DNA of 33,735 nt from Candidatus Micrarchaeota archaeon (GTDB taxonomy: Archaea > Iainarchaeota > Iainarchaeia > Iainarchaeales > JAGVWC01). The notes beneath the pieces were generated by a model. That model made no database searches and was not told where the DNA came from. It saw only the letters and a program-made list of their open reading frames with translations. Positions 8,801 to 16,400 of the stretch are shown piece after piece. Each line of letters opens with the position of its first letter. Position 1 is the first letter of the stretch. Position numbers and translations under genes: made by a program. The stretch is taken from the NCBI GenBank assembly GCA_018813975.1, contig JAHJAQ010000028.1, positions 1 to 33,735 on the forward strand. The letters are read 5' to 3'.

Positions 8801-11636
8801 CTGTGTTTTGATCTGTAATATTAATCGTGAATGGTTCATCCATGAGAACTGGTTCTGGTTCAATACTCAAGATCATTTCGCTTTGTTCAAAAATATTAAA
8901 GTAAAAATCTTTTTTCAATGACAAGTGTTCGCCAATAACCTCTGATTTGATGTGCGCATTTCCTGCCTTGAATGGTTTAAAATAAACTCGTGCCGTTCTC
9001 ACCCCGTTTTCTAACACACTCAAATCGTTTATTTCAATTACAGAATCGGTTTCATCGGTATCAAAAAATTCAGTGAAGGTTTCTACTTCGGTTCCGGTAA
9101 AAAACAATTTGGGTTGTGTTTTATCCGTACTGGCACGCAATAATATGCCTTGTTCTTCTTTGGCTCTTAAACTAATTTCCAATGCATATACCCTTCCGCG
9201 AAGCGCTTGGAACTCTTCGGGGGAAGTGGCTTCTCCGTCTGTTGCAATAAAACGGTATTCGGCACACACATTTTCCATGCATTGTTCTTTAGTGGTAAAT
9301 AAGGAAACCTCTTCATCAAATGTAATCGCATACAATCCGGTTTTGGTATTAGAATACGCGTCTCTTCCCAACTCGGAATCTTGCGGGCTTCTAAAATATT
9401 GTCCGTCAATACTGCTCCAATCCCGATAATGAATGGGCAATGTCATTTGAGAAAACCCTTCTTTTAATCGTACTTTTACGCGCACCAATTGGCTTCCTTC
9501 CGGATTGGTATAATACAATTCCAGCCATTTGTTGTAATTGCCTGCTTTTCCTACATTTCCAAAGTCTGCTGCTTCGTTTCCTGGTGCTGGAAAAGCCGTG
9601 TAAGACCTTCCATAAAAAAAGCTGGCAACGTTTGTAGCACTAAAACCAGTAATTCCTATTTGTTCTGAATCGGCAAAAGTAACTTGGTCGTTTCCAACCC
9701 TAAAATGCAATCCGCCCCTGTATTCTCCTTTAATCCAGTCTACTTGGAATTTTAACCAATAATCGGTTTCTGGGGTGATGCCATCCACTGGTTTTCCTTC
9801 TGCATCTTCTATTCCCAAAAAAGTAATCGGTGGGGCGAGTGCTTCTACATTGTTTTCGCGCCATTGTACAATAATTTCTGTTTTACCTTCTACATTGACT
9901 TGTTCGGAAAAAGAATTGCCATCATAATCAAATATTGTGATATCTACATTCTTGTATTGTTTGGCATCAAAAATAACAGTTCCTTCTTCTGAAAGATTTT
10001 CATCCAACAATACTGCTCCAGTCACACTTTTTACGAGTGCCGTGCCTTCCCAAAAGGGGTTGCCATCCAAACCCAGTACGCGTAATAGTTTAGCGGTTTC
10101 AATGGGCTTCATGCGAACCGCAACATTGTTTTCCATTCCGGGTTGAATAAAAATGTTCGCATCTCCTTTCTCAAATCCTTTTTGCGCGACCACTAAAATG
10201 TTTCGATTTGCTGGTGCTTCAATAGTTGCAAAACCATCATACTCGGTTAGAACAGTTGGCAAGCCAGTTGGAATGGGCTTTCCCACTACTAATTCATAAA
10301 AGTGCAGGCCGGTATTGTTCGCGGCAAATCCAGTGGAATCCGTTACAATTACATTGAGGGTTCCCGTGTTACTAGTGCTCGCGGTTTCTAAGGCAAGGGT
10401 TATTTCGCTGGTATCCAATGGGGTTATCCAAATTGTTTGGGGAACATAACCGCTTTTGTAAGCGGTAACAAAATAGTTTTGGTCTGGATTCAAATCCAAA
10501 AAGTCTACTCCTCCTGTAAAAGGCGTTTTTTGTTCTAATAATAGTTCTGCGCTTTCAGTGTACAATCCGACCGCAGCATCAAAAATGGAAATGTTAGAAT
10601 CGGCTTCTGTTACCGTAACATGAATTTGGTTGCCGCCTTCTTGTAATTCAATATCAATTTGAGTGGGGTCTTCTCGCAAGGTAAATTCTTCTGTACTGGT
10701 TACCGTGTAACCTGATTTGGTGGCAATGATTTTGAAAATCGTTCCTTTGGGTAAGTCCAATACAAACTGGCCGTTAACAGTAATAGCTTCTGCCAATCCT
10801 TGTTCGTTTTGAGGATTAATAATGCGTAATAATACATCGCTTAATGGAATTTGGGTTGTCTTGTCAAATGTTTTTACAATTAGGTTGGCGCTTCCAAACA
10901 AGGCTGTTCCTCTTGGAACCATGGCAATGCTTGGAACACTTCCCTCTGCAAAAGTATACGGCTGAATAATGGTTTCATAATTGTCCGCAATTATTTCCAA
11001 TTGCACTTCTTCGCCAGTTGGCACGCCCAATGCACTGAATAGTCCGTTTGCATCGGTTTGACCAGTCCTTACAAAATCAGTGCCCCATTTGAGGGTTACT
11101 TGGGCGCCAGGAATGGGAATACCACTCTCAGAATCAATTAATCGTAATTGCGCTACTTGGCTTCGGATTTGTTTGTCAAGTGTTATCACAACTTGTAAAC
11201 TCGTGTCTTTTACTTGTATTTGCGTGTAACCGGTTTCAAAGTTTTCTTTGATGCCCGTAATGCTCAAGAATCCTCCTGGCGTAATTCCATCCAATTGAAT
11301 ACTGTCACCATGACTTTTTCGGCCTTCAAAAATAGTGTTACCACTATCATTTACGATTTTTACATCAACTTGGGTTAGGCTGTTGCCACTATTATCCACT
11401 AAGCTTAATCCGATTGTAGTGGTTAATTGGGCCGGAATAAACAAGAACCAAAACAACAATACAACAAGCAATACTACCATTGCGATGGTAACGGGAAAAG
11501 CAGGAATGCCCCGGTCTTCCAGGGCATTTACATAGGCATAAATTGGAATGCCTTTTTCATCCATCCAATCGACTATATTGAAAAAACCGTCTTCTACCCG
11601 CGCATACGCACTGGCCAAGGTATCTCCAATCGCCAT
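2847..11636 (-). CDS. Giant (2929 aa) N-terminally anchored surface protein: beta-sandwich repeats, N/Y/Q-rich linker, further Ig-like domains, aromatic hydrophobic patch, long helical region and a distinct C-terminal ~110-aa module
   Basis: Single uninterrupted ORF. The N-terminus MAIGDTLASAYARVEDGFFNIVDWMDEKGIPIYAYVNALEDRGIPAFPVTIAMVVLLVVLLFWF contains one TM helix. About 6 CarboxypepD_reg-like repeats span aa ~75-560 (e.g. LRLIDSESGIPIPGAQVTLKWGTDFVRTGQTDANGLFSALGVPTGEEVQLEIIADNYE). Later beta-sandwich-like segments carry xNxS/G strands (FIENVSNQSLNEITIEI, LFLRNIGAEDIENLRVEV, VRIRNTCEEAVRVVGIEP). Confidence 0.9.
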   Translation of the reverse strand: MAIGDTLASAYARVEDGFFNIVDWMDEKGIPIYAYVNALEDRGIPAFPVTIAMVVLLVVLLFWFLFIPAQLTTTIGLSLVDNSGNSLTQVDVKIVNDSGNTIFEGRKSHGDSIQLDGITPGGFLSITGIKENFETGYTQIQVKDTSLQVVITLDKQIRSQVAQLRLIDSESGIPIPGAQVTLKWGTDFVRTGQTDANGLFSALGVPTGEEVQLEIIADNYETIIQPYTFAEGSVPSIAMVPRGTALFGSANLIVKTFDKTTQIPLSDVLLRIINPQNEQGLAEAITVNGQFVLDLPKGTIFKIIATKSGYTVTSTEEFTLREDPTQIDIELQEGGNQIHVTVTEADSNISIFDAAVGLYTESAELLLEQKTPFTGGVDFLDLNPDQNYFVTAYKSGYVPQTIWITPLDTSEITLALETASTSNTGTLNVIVTDSTGFAANNTGLHFYELVVGKPIPTGLPTVLTEYDGFATIEAPANRNILVVAQKGFEKGDANIFIQPGMENNVAVRMKPIETAKLLRVLGLDGNPFWEGTALVKSVTGAVLLDENLSEEGTVIFDAKQYKNVDITIFDYDGNSFSEQVNVEGKTEIIVQWRENNVEALAPPITFLGIEDAEGKPVDGITPETDYWLKFQVDWIKGEYRGGLHFRVGNDQVTFADSEQIGITGFSATNVASFFYGRSYTAFPAPGNEAADFGNVGKAGNYNKWLELYYTNPEGSQLVRVKVRLKEGFSQMTLPIHYRDWSSIDGQYFRSPQDSELGRDAYSNTKTGLYAITFDEEVSLFTTKEQCMENVCAEYRFIATDGEATSPEEFQALRGRVYALEISLRAKEEQGILLRASTDKTQPKLFFTGTEVETFTEFFDTDETDSVIEINDLSVLENGVRTARVYFKPFKAGNAHIKSEVIGEHLSLKKDFYFNIFEQSEMILSIEPEPVLMDEPFTINITDQNTGNPVTKATIHVKDETGSIVASTVGNNSQGNGLNGQYAFTESLGAGTFTIKATAFGFAPANYEFTISAHDMLRLPEEIFVSIPKNQQSGTESAFIENVSNQSLNEITIEIQKPDSWPLELDVVGQTSSVLKARQKGTMDITGTYIGDSNHHVVGTADLMVHAMVAGKYPAIASTRVTVSYNEPFDSNCLSFDKKELTVYLAGNQPLNQWDSGYSPYGNAYRSPYNYNSPAYMNPANRSPYYDELNQNQYYANPGQYNTPYSSQYLNNNQYDYDTYNEPWRYNSGYPQQSNYISQNYNNQNYSQDPYYQQSAYDNSYYNQDYANNQYSPRFFSNNDSSYYNNSQYSPFNNNYNYSNNSPYGGSGNIFSNVYSAYDQTAKEIELQVTNNCPHALQLTGKALEKIAGGGDNGLEIVVPSFSIQPNETIPTTIHISNKRDRMLPQQQNYAFEVLFEADSINKSIPLNVIIWDSRFAIATSDSIVLFLSQSQKGEPVITSSPLFLRNIGAEDIENLRVEVGGNSYLEGVSLRVIPFGNVPVLPKGQVVFPPKLVVAEKRGGTEKGRLVHSYLTVTGEIDGKVHVLRNIDVWIHVSALNCLFLTPVDDLEFISTESRFGVIDKKVRIRNTCEEAVRVVGIEPNQIGANGLLLVPITTDYLERDLEAEFIVRLAKQGDYKNENLGISVAGLTQLTQKFIQSNRLQSRVELGEMAVSTGLASEPYTMDVCIEEGIPPGTKESVRFPKISRNADCEKGYCDATQAAQFLGEKLDNKINQVQNAIGNSNNQLENFIGCVNTAEQKACTFTELGVPSDSFDLFLQNDLVAVELLQKEFAEKGPASLTNYSVGYCSGIECDAKSVAQTGFPNFLFVSNLLRGCGKYRIKLNGAAFVQQNQIRNEGFILSINVQQRELTPECTNQIENVLNFLPTDEGMTGDNPFGTWVGLVEAELKLSEVGAAFAQEFFGTVDGRVYENTGSNKIHLEFGEVSNGLVKIELEPGTLSDEPKTTLATINQALNTEGTNQKDLAKEAANSISALKKQRIQAGKGCIAKDHSYFILGSTEKLGDLELKGPDTINVLPNELSCIDLNVISPIKESVKLRTNKKEIMTKNNGLARITIRPFDDHDKILNEEDDAIELEYNDTTKNYTVIASLCVEGNDQFSLSIKAEKIEVTAQSTIDPIRQSNTKKITYQVCGIHPYDLVNKLSSLKPGEYFGTPGWKGEPNSTNLKDIINAMADQGDLKDEDKLLQGPGVDEIKQKVGEQAQRDKHLSAIFGFPIPGIGGEWTNPLETYWTPCITTSAACNGIKTVGFYGWLWGPIFDCVGPALWMAAPYTEGTWAEGLKGVREFILEKMGGVSSYIAEKVEGLFPGTPGEKQEGDLVGILGGVSGKSLIKGLKYNNYLTKSTSSVAAKRIAEDIADQVVEQQMKSGLLARRELKSMLEKELTKNLKETFRAKIAADKSKLFFNTSTAAKKATLETLTQEAVKKSNLNEKLIEFSVKNQGKLKAGSTLANQAASLQDVAAAKMAESYGPITVQGTVTKNYENVLSGFTFDDIKAPAGGAFNIREARNGVWTRFMERIRNSASWSNFSAAERSQLEQSIQTAFQTQTRAISGAADEAAMRAAFGNARTEVSTALRTLEQGLSVPAQQAVRDIADQIVSKSGTKVSGGQLDNMIQRIETSLAAGGEKNVERGFKAGINAAPDNVQKGIRSAFKDELAELTSKVIANTSEEGIGWFKRFRRFLGGLGRGIACGVLSNAVGLKMAQATLDEPAKVNADTSELKGTPAIGKDGQPIRTEKGDVLQNIELQKGATYKITVKEIKKDDGKTHKTFEFNKVKDLSMIPKNATSLNTDCKGEFADKGLDGYAFSLNPEGKQTTQKEQSQYYLSARTLEEEARDKKIPQILLGTAMELEQRHQIPNACDPSGLWKSDPSAAGDQIACAATKLATYYSGSSDDSSVRKIFDQYYDPTKEAPLPFLEDAVATYRKWKSYKTS
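7686..8198 (-). repeat. Compositionally biased N/Y/Q/S/P-rich (prion-like) low-complexity segment inside the giant protein (aa ~1147-1317)
   Basis: The translation reads NQPLNQWDSGYSPYGNAYRSPYNYNSPAYMNPANRSPYYDELNQNQYYANPGQYNTPYSSQYLNNNQYDYDTYNEPWRYNSGYPQQSNYISQNYNNQNYSQDPYYQQSAYDNSYYNQDYANNQYSPRFFSNNDSSYYNNSQYSPFNNNYNYSNNSPYGGSG. Both alternative-frame ORFs in the track here (7664..7990, 7881..8123) are by-products of the biased DNA. Confidence 0.85.
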
Positions 11637-11745
11637 TCTAACAACCCTTACTCAATACAATGAATTAGGGAGTTTTTATAACTTTATATTAATGAAAACA
11701 ATACATATTGATACGCATTTTTGAGCACATCCTAGAAGGTATTGT
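11637..11745. promoter_or_regulatory. Divergent intergenic region with TATA-like elements (giant gene leftward, GNAT gene rightward)
   Basis: The 109-nt AT-rich spacer contains TTTTTATAA (11674-11682) and TTTATATTA (11684-11692), readable as TATA boxes on either strand. An AGAAGGT Shine-Dalgarno-like element at 11734-11740 precedes the ATG at 11746. Confidence 0.3.
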
Positions 11746-12408
11746 ATGGCTGCAGTTTCCTCTAAAAAAACAACGCAATCACCTCCTGCCAAAAAGCTCC
11801 GAGGGGCCATGAAACGCATTCCCGTAACTAGTTCTCAAGACTTTCCAAAGGTTTTTACCTTGGCAGGCGGCTTGGTGGGTTTTCAGTATATGCCTGGAAA
11901 GCATCCTGATAGTTCTTTCTATATTTACTTGTTGCCGGTTGGTAGAAGACGCGAAGCTTGGAAACAATTTGATGTGGGAGAAAAGGGGGTTGCCTTTCAA
12001 CAGCTGCATCCTTATTCTTCAGGTTTAAAGCGACCACTTTTGGCAAAGGGAACCTTAACGCCTTGGAACCCTCAAAAACTAAAGCAAGCGCCCCCCAAAC
12101 TCCAAAGACGGGCAAAAAATAGAACTGTTTTAGAAGTGGGTTTTTCGATTATGCCCTCTCATCATGCGCCAAAAGGAAAACCTTCTTTATTGCAAAAAGG
12201 CATTGGAACTGCCCTGCTAAAAGAACTGGAGCTACAAGCCAAGCAAAAAGGCGTTTCATTGTTAGCGGCAACCGTTGAAACACACAATGAAAAAAGTCAG
12301 CGTTTACTAGAAAAAAATGGTTTTGTTCGTGTTGGAGGCTCAGTTCTAAAAGTGCAATTCGGCATGGCTCCTCATTTACACGTTTATTATTACTACAAAG
12401 AATTATAG
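11746..12408 (+). CDS. GNAT-family N-acetyltransferase with an atypical basic/proline-rich N-terminal and internal extension
   Basis: The C-terminal half carries the acetyl-CoA binding motif A and flanking pattern: LLQKGIGTALLKELELQAKQKGVSLLAATVETHNEKSQRLLEKNGFVRVG (Q/R-x-x-G-x-G/A, then N..A..L.EK.GF). The N-terminal ~130 aa are not recognisable. The true start is uncertain; an internal ATG lies at 11809. Confidence 0.65.
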   Translation: MAAVSSKKTTQSPPAKKLRGAMKRIPVTSSQDFPKVFTLAGGLVGFQYMPGKHPDSSFYIYLLPVGRRREAWKQFDVGEKGVAFQQLHPYSSGLKRPLLAKGTLTPWNPQKLKQAPPKLQRRAKNRTVLEVGFSIMPSHHAPKGKPSLLQKGIGTALLKELELQAKQKGVSLLAATVETHNEKSQRLLEKNGFVRVGGSVLKVQFGMAPHLHVYYYYKEL

Positions 12409-12425
12409 TTAGTTTGTAGTTATTT

Positions 12426-12431
12426 AGGAGG
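12426..12431 (+). promoter_or_regulatory. Shine-Dalgarno site (AGGAGG) for the YjbQ-family gene
   Basis: AGGAGG lies 6 nt upstream of the ATG at 12438. Confidence 0.55.
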
Positions 12432-12437
12432 AATGGA

Positions 12438-12857
12438 ATGAAGTCTTTGACCGAGCACTTATGGTTTCAGATTCCTTCCAGAAGGGGTTTTGTGAACATT
12501 ACCCCCAAAATCGAAGAATTGGTGCAAAAAAGCAAGGTACAAGAAGGATTGTGTTTGGTAAATGCCATGCACATTACCGCAAGCGTTTTCATTAACGATG
12601 ATGAGCCTGGCTTGCACGCTGATTTTGAAAAATGGTTACAAGAACTAGCCCCGGAAAAACCTTACAACACGTATCGCCACAACGATACCGGAGAAGATAA
12701 TGCGGATGCGCACTTAAAGCGCACGATAATGGGTCGCGAAGTTACTGTTGCGATTACAAATGGAAAATTGGATGTGGGGCCCTGGGAACAAATCTTTTAC
12801 GGCGAGTTTGACGGCAAGCGCAAAAAAAGAGTACTTGTAAAAATCATTGGCGAGTAA
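12438..12857 (+). CDS. yjbQ: YjbQ/UPF0047 family protein (secondary thiamine-phosphate synthase-type enzyme)
   Basis: 139 aa, the typical family size. It shows the family-typical pattern throughout: [51 protein letters not shown]....[58 protein letters not shown]. Confidence 0.88.
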   Translation: MKSLTEHLWFQIPSRRGFVNITPKIEELVQKSKVQEGLCLVNAMHITASVFINDDEPGLHADFEKWLQELAPEKPYNTYRHNDTGEDNADAHLKRTIMGREVTVAITNGKLDVGPWEQIFYGEFDGKRKKRVLVKIIGE

Positions 12858-12859
12858 AA

Positions 12860-13402
12860 TTATTTTTTAGATTTTTTTCTGTTTTTGAATTTGTTATAAC
12901 TCCACCATAGCCATGCGCCGTAAAAGACTGCAATCACAATGAACAAGAACAAGCGGAATAATACATCGTGCGATAAAACCACTATTTCTAAGGGAGCGTT
13001 TAGAATGAAAAGAGTTGTAACCAGAATGCGAATCTGATTGAATATAAAAATTCCAATAATAGCAGCTATTACCCCCACTATTCTTTTTTTCCAATAGATT
13101 TCAAAAGTAGCAAGGATTGCTGCTAGCAATACAATCGCTTCCAGGATTCCCGTACACAAATCATTAATAACAATGGTAGGCCCTTTTGTCAATTGAATTA
13201 GTACTGTTTCTCCGATTTGGAATTGGTTGGAAATGCCCATCCCATTCAAGAGTGCACTATTGGTTTGACCGGTAATGCTTTCAAAAAAAAGGGGCGGGAA
13301 TAGGCTTGTGAAAAGGTTTAGTGCCACAAAAGCAATGAGTAAGAATAGCACGAATTTTCCGGCATTCAAGACTTCTTGGTATTCTTTTTCAGTGGCTTTC
13401 AT
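12860..13402 (-). CDS. Small exosortase/archaeosortase-family membrane protein (candidate archaeosortase)
   Basis: 180-aa polytopic membrane protein. The three family signature residues occur in the expected order and context: Cys in VINDLCTGILEAIVLLAA (compare C-S-G), Arg in FIFNQIRILVTTLF (compare N-x-x-R-I), and His in VVLSHDVLFRLFLF. An AAGGAG SD-like element (complement of 13414-13419) precedes the ATG at 13402. Confidence 0.6.
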   Translation of the reverse strand: MKATEKEYQEVLNAGKFVLFLLIAFVALNLFTSLFPPLFFESITGQTNSALLNGMGISNQFQIGETVLIQLTKGPTIVINDLCTGILEAIVLLAAILATFEIYWKKRIVGVIAAIIGIFIFNQIRILVTTLFILNAPLEIVVLSHDVLFRLFLFIVIAVFYGAWLWWSYNKFKNRKKSKK

Positions 13403-13482
13403 AATGCGTTTTTCTCCTTTAAAAAAGTATTAATAATACGAATTGCTTTATTTTAACGCTTATCGTAGAATCGGGTGAAATC
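13403..13482. promoter_or_regulatory. 80-nt bidirectional promoter region between the archaeosortase-like gene and the pilus ATPase operon
   Basis: TTTATTTTAA at 13447-13456 is about 30 nt upstream of the GTG at 13483, with GGGTGA at 13473-13478 as a possible SD. On the other strand, ATTATTAATACTTTTTTAAAGGAG (complement of about 13414-13437) supplies TATA-like and SD elements for the minus gene. Confidence 0.4.
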
Positions 13483-16400
13483 GTGAAAATCGGCAAGTTT
13501 GATGTTGGGGAATACGTTGTCCGCGAAATGGGGGGCAAAAAACACCTTGTTTTTGACTGTAAAAACTGCGTTTATGGAAGCAGTTTATCGGATGATTCTG
13601 CTTGTCGATTCCATGCCATTGCTATTTTACAAGAAGTAGAAGCCAAATTACTCGTTCTAGCCGATGTGTACGAGCGTGTATATGATGAACAGCAAACCGA
13701 ATTAGTCAAAGAAATTGCGTTAATGGCCAAGCGGTTTGAAAACGAATCCATTTGGAGTTATGCTCACCTTGGAACCCAAGATTCCGAGTGTGAGCAAACC
13801 TTTGCTTCTAGGCACACTATTGTAGTGAGAATAGCGCATGATTTGGCTCGATTTGATCCGGTCATGGCCTATCTTACGTGCTTGCAAGAAATCAAAAAAG
13901 AAACCGGTCGCGCAACCGGATTGAATGAGGGTGGAAGAGCCTGTAGCAAGGTTTTTTTGGATACTTTACTGTATTTGAAAAATCGTTTTGAACAAACCGG
14001 TTTGATTGGTAAAACAAAAGAATACTTGTTAAAGTTGCGGAGCATTCCTGACACCAAAGACGTTTACAAGTCATTATTAGAGGCGCAAATCAAACCCGCG
14101 TTTATTGGTTCGCGGTTATTGTTTGGGGAAACCGAAGAACTAGAACTATTGGATGAGTACTCTGTGGGAAGAGCAGCGGTTCAAATTTTTTCTCATCCCA
14201 ATAAAATCGAGAAATTGTATTTTTTGAATCCGCCGGAATACACACTGCCACCCGAAAAATATTTTGTGTTAAGCAAAACAAAAGAAATTGTCGCGTCCTA
14301 CAAACCCGGCTCCACCACCTTGAGTGGCATTGCCAAAAGTAGAAAATATTTTGAACGGATTTATGAAAGCACGATTCATGATATTGGCCAAGCCAACCAA
14401 ATTTTTTTAAGTCCGGAAGAAGCAAAAGAGTTAGCAGAGATTGTCGCGCGGTACACGGTTGGGTATGGAATCTTAGAATTGATTTTGGGAGACCGGCATT
14501 TAACCGATATCTTTTTGGATTCTCCGATTGGCATGAAACCGATTTATGTGGTGCACGAGGATTATGGACAATGCCAAACCAATATTTTGTATACTGATGA
14601 TGAAGCCAATGCATTGGTTTCCAAAATGCGTGCCATGAGTGGAAGGCCATTTGATGAAGTGCATCCAGTACTGGATTTTGACTTGCCCGACTTGGAAACC
14701 CGGGTGGCTGTTATTGGAAAACCACTTGCACCTGATGGAACTGCTTTTGCTTTTCGCTTGCACAAAGTAACGCCATGGACCTTGCCCCAATTCATTGATA
14801 ACAATTTCATTAATCCGCTTGGCGCGGGTTTATTGAGTTTTTTTGTGGACCAACAAGCCACGATGCTTATTACGGGTTCTAGGGGGAGTGGAAAATGTGT
14901 GGATGGTGGTAGCCTGCTACAGCTTGGAAATGGCCAGACGGAAAAAATAAAAAAAATAATCGATCCGATAATCAAAAAAGCACAGAGAACTATTGAATTG
15001 GCAGATGGTGTTTGCATTGACTTGCAGGAAAATGGTATTCAATTGGAAACCGTTACCATGACTCCGGGTTTGAAGACACAAATTGTTCCAGTTTCAAAGG
15101 TTTGGAGAAGGGCTGCTCCTAAAAAAATGGTTTCAGTAACCTTGCGATCAGGAAAGCGTGTTGTTACGACGCCAGAGCATCCATTCTTTTTGACAGAAAA
15201 GGGGAAAATTATCCAGAAAAGAGCGGATGAATTAACCATATGCGATTTTATTGCAACACCAAGGATCATTCCAGCGAAACAGGACAATAATTATTCCACT
15301 GACTGGATTCCAACCAGTAGGTCTCTTGAACCGAAACTGTGCGGAATTGAAAGAGAAATTCAGGAGTTTTTGTGCTCTTATTCAAAAAATAATAGTCTCA
15401 AAGAGCTTGCAACCAAAGCACGCCTTCCCTATAAAACAATTCTTAACATAAAGAGCGGGGTAAGAAAAACAATTTCTCTTAGCGAACTTCGAAGCATTTC
15501 AGGTATTCTCGGATTGGATTATTATCCCCTTGTCGAAAAAGCATCTTATTGGATTTTTCGAAATTCTCCCAATCGGATTAATGCCGGTTTTTTCTTCAAA
15601 ACCATTAATAACAATACAAAAGCGGCCCGGTTTTTGGGTCTTCTTTTGGGGGACGGACATATCGATGAAAAGTCGATCTCGTTCACCAACACCAACATTG
15701 GTTTGCTGGAAGAATTCCGGACATTGTGTCGGGAATTATTCGGGATAAAAGCCTACATTTGTTTCCCAAAAAACCGCTCTCCTCATTGCATGGTTACTTC
15801 AGTCGGGCTTTCTAGGCTGATTTCCTTGCGATTTGGCATTCCTTTTGGCAAAAAAGCGGGCATACAAGAGATGCCAAAGGAAATCGTTATGGGTTCGGAA
15901 GCGGTTCTTTCAGAATTTTTGAGGGCCTATTTTGACTGCGATGGATCGGTTCATATTCAAAAAAGGCTTGTTGACCTGTCTACCGCCAGTAAAAAGATGG
16001 CTTTTGACATTCAAAACGCGCTTCACCGGTTTGGCATCATTTCGTTTTTAAGAGCAAAGACAGTTAGAAGAAAAGAGTATTATATCGTAGCCATGTCGGG
16101 AGAAAACGCGTTTGTTTTTTCTCAAAAAATTGGCTTCAGTTTAAGTTCAAAAAAAGAAAAACTTGCACAGGCATTTTTAGAAGAGAAATTTAACACGAAT
16201 ATTGATATTGTTCCAAATTGTCTTCCTTTCCTTCAGACCATTCAAAAGTGCCACGGTGTTTTTACTGCTAGAATGGTAACGCTTGACCAAAAGAACATTT
16301 CCAGAAAAAAACTGCAAAGGTTTATTTCAAGTTCAGATTCGGGGCTGGTGGAAATTGAGGATTTGAAAAAGTTGGCGTGCTCGGATATTTTTTGGGACGA

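Noticed and set aside
11746-12857. Considered whether the GNAT and YjbQ genes belong to the surface system (for example as a pilin acetyltransferase)
   Set aside because: YjbQ is a widespread housekeeping family, and the two genes form their own SD-linked pair between divergent and convergent boundaries. No sequence evidence links them to the surface genes. A role for the GNAT cannot be excluded.
14102-15017. Minus-strand ORFs of 182 aa and 151 aa within the ATPase gene
   Set aside because: They are antisense to a strongly supported ATPase and intein coding frame and contain no recognisable motifs.
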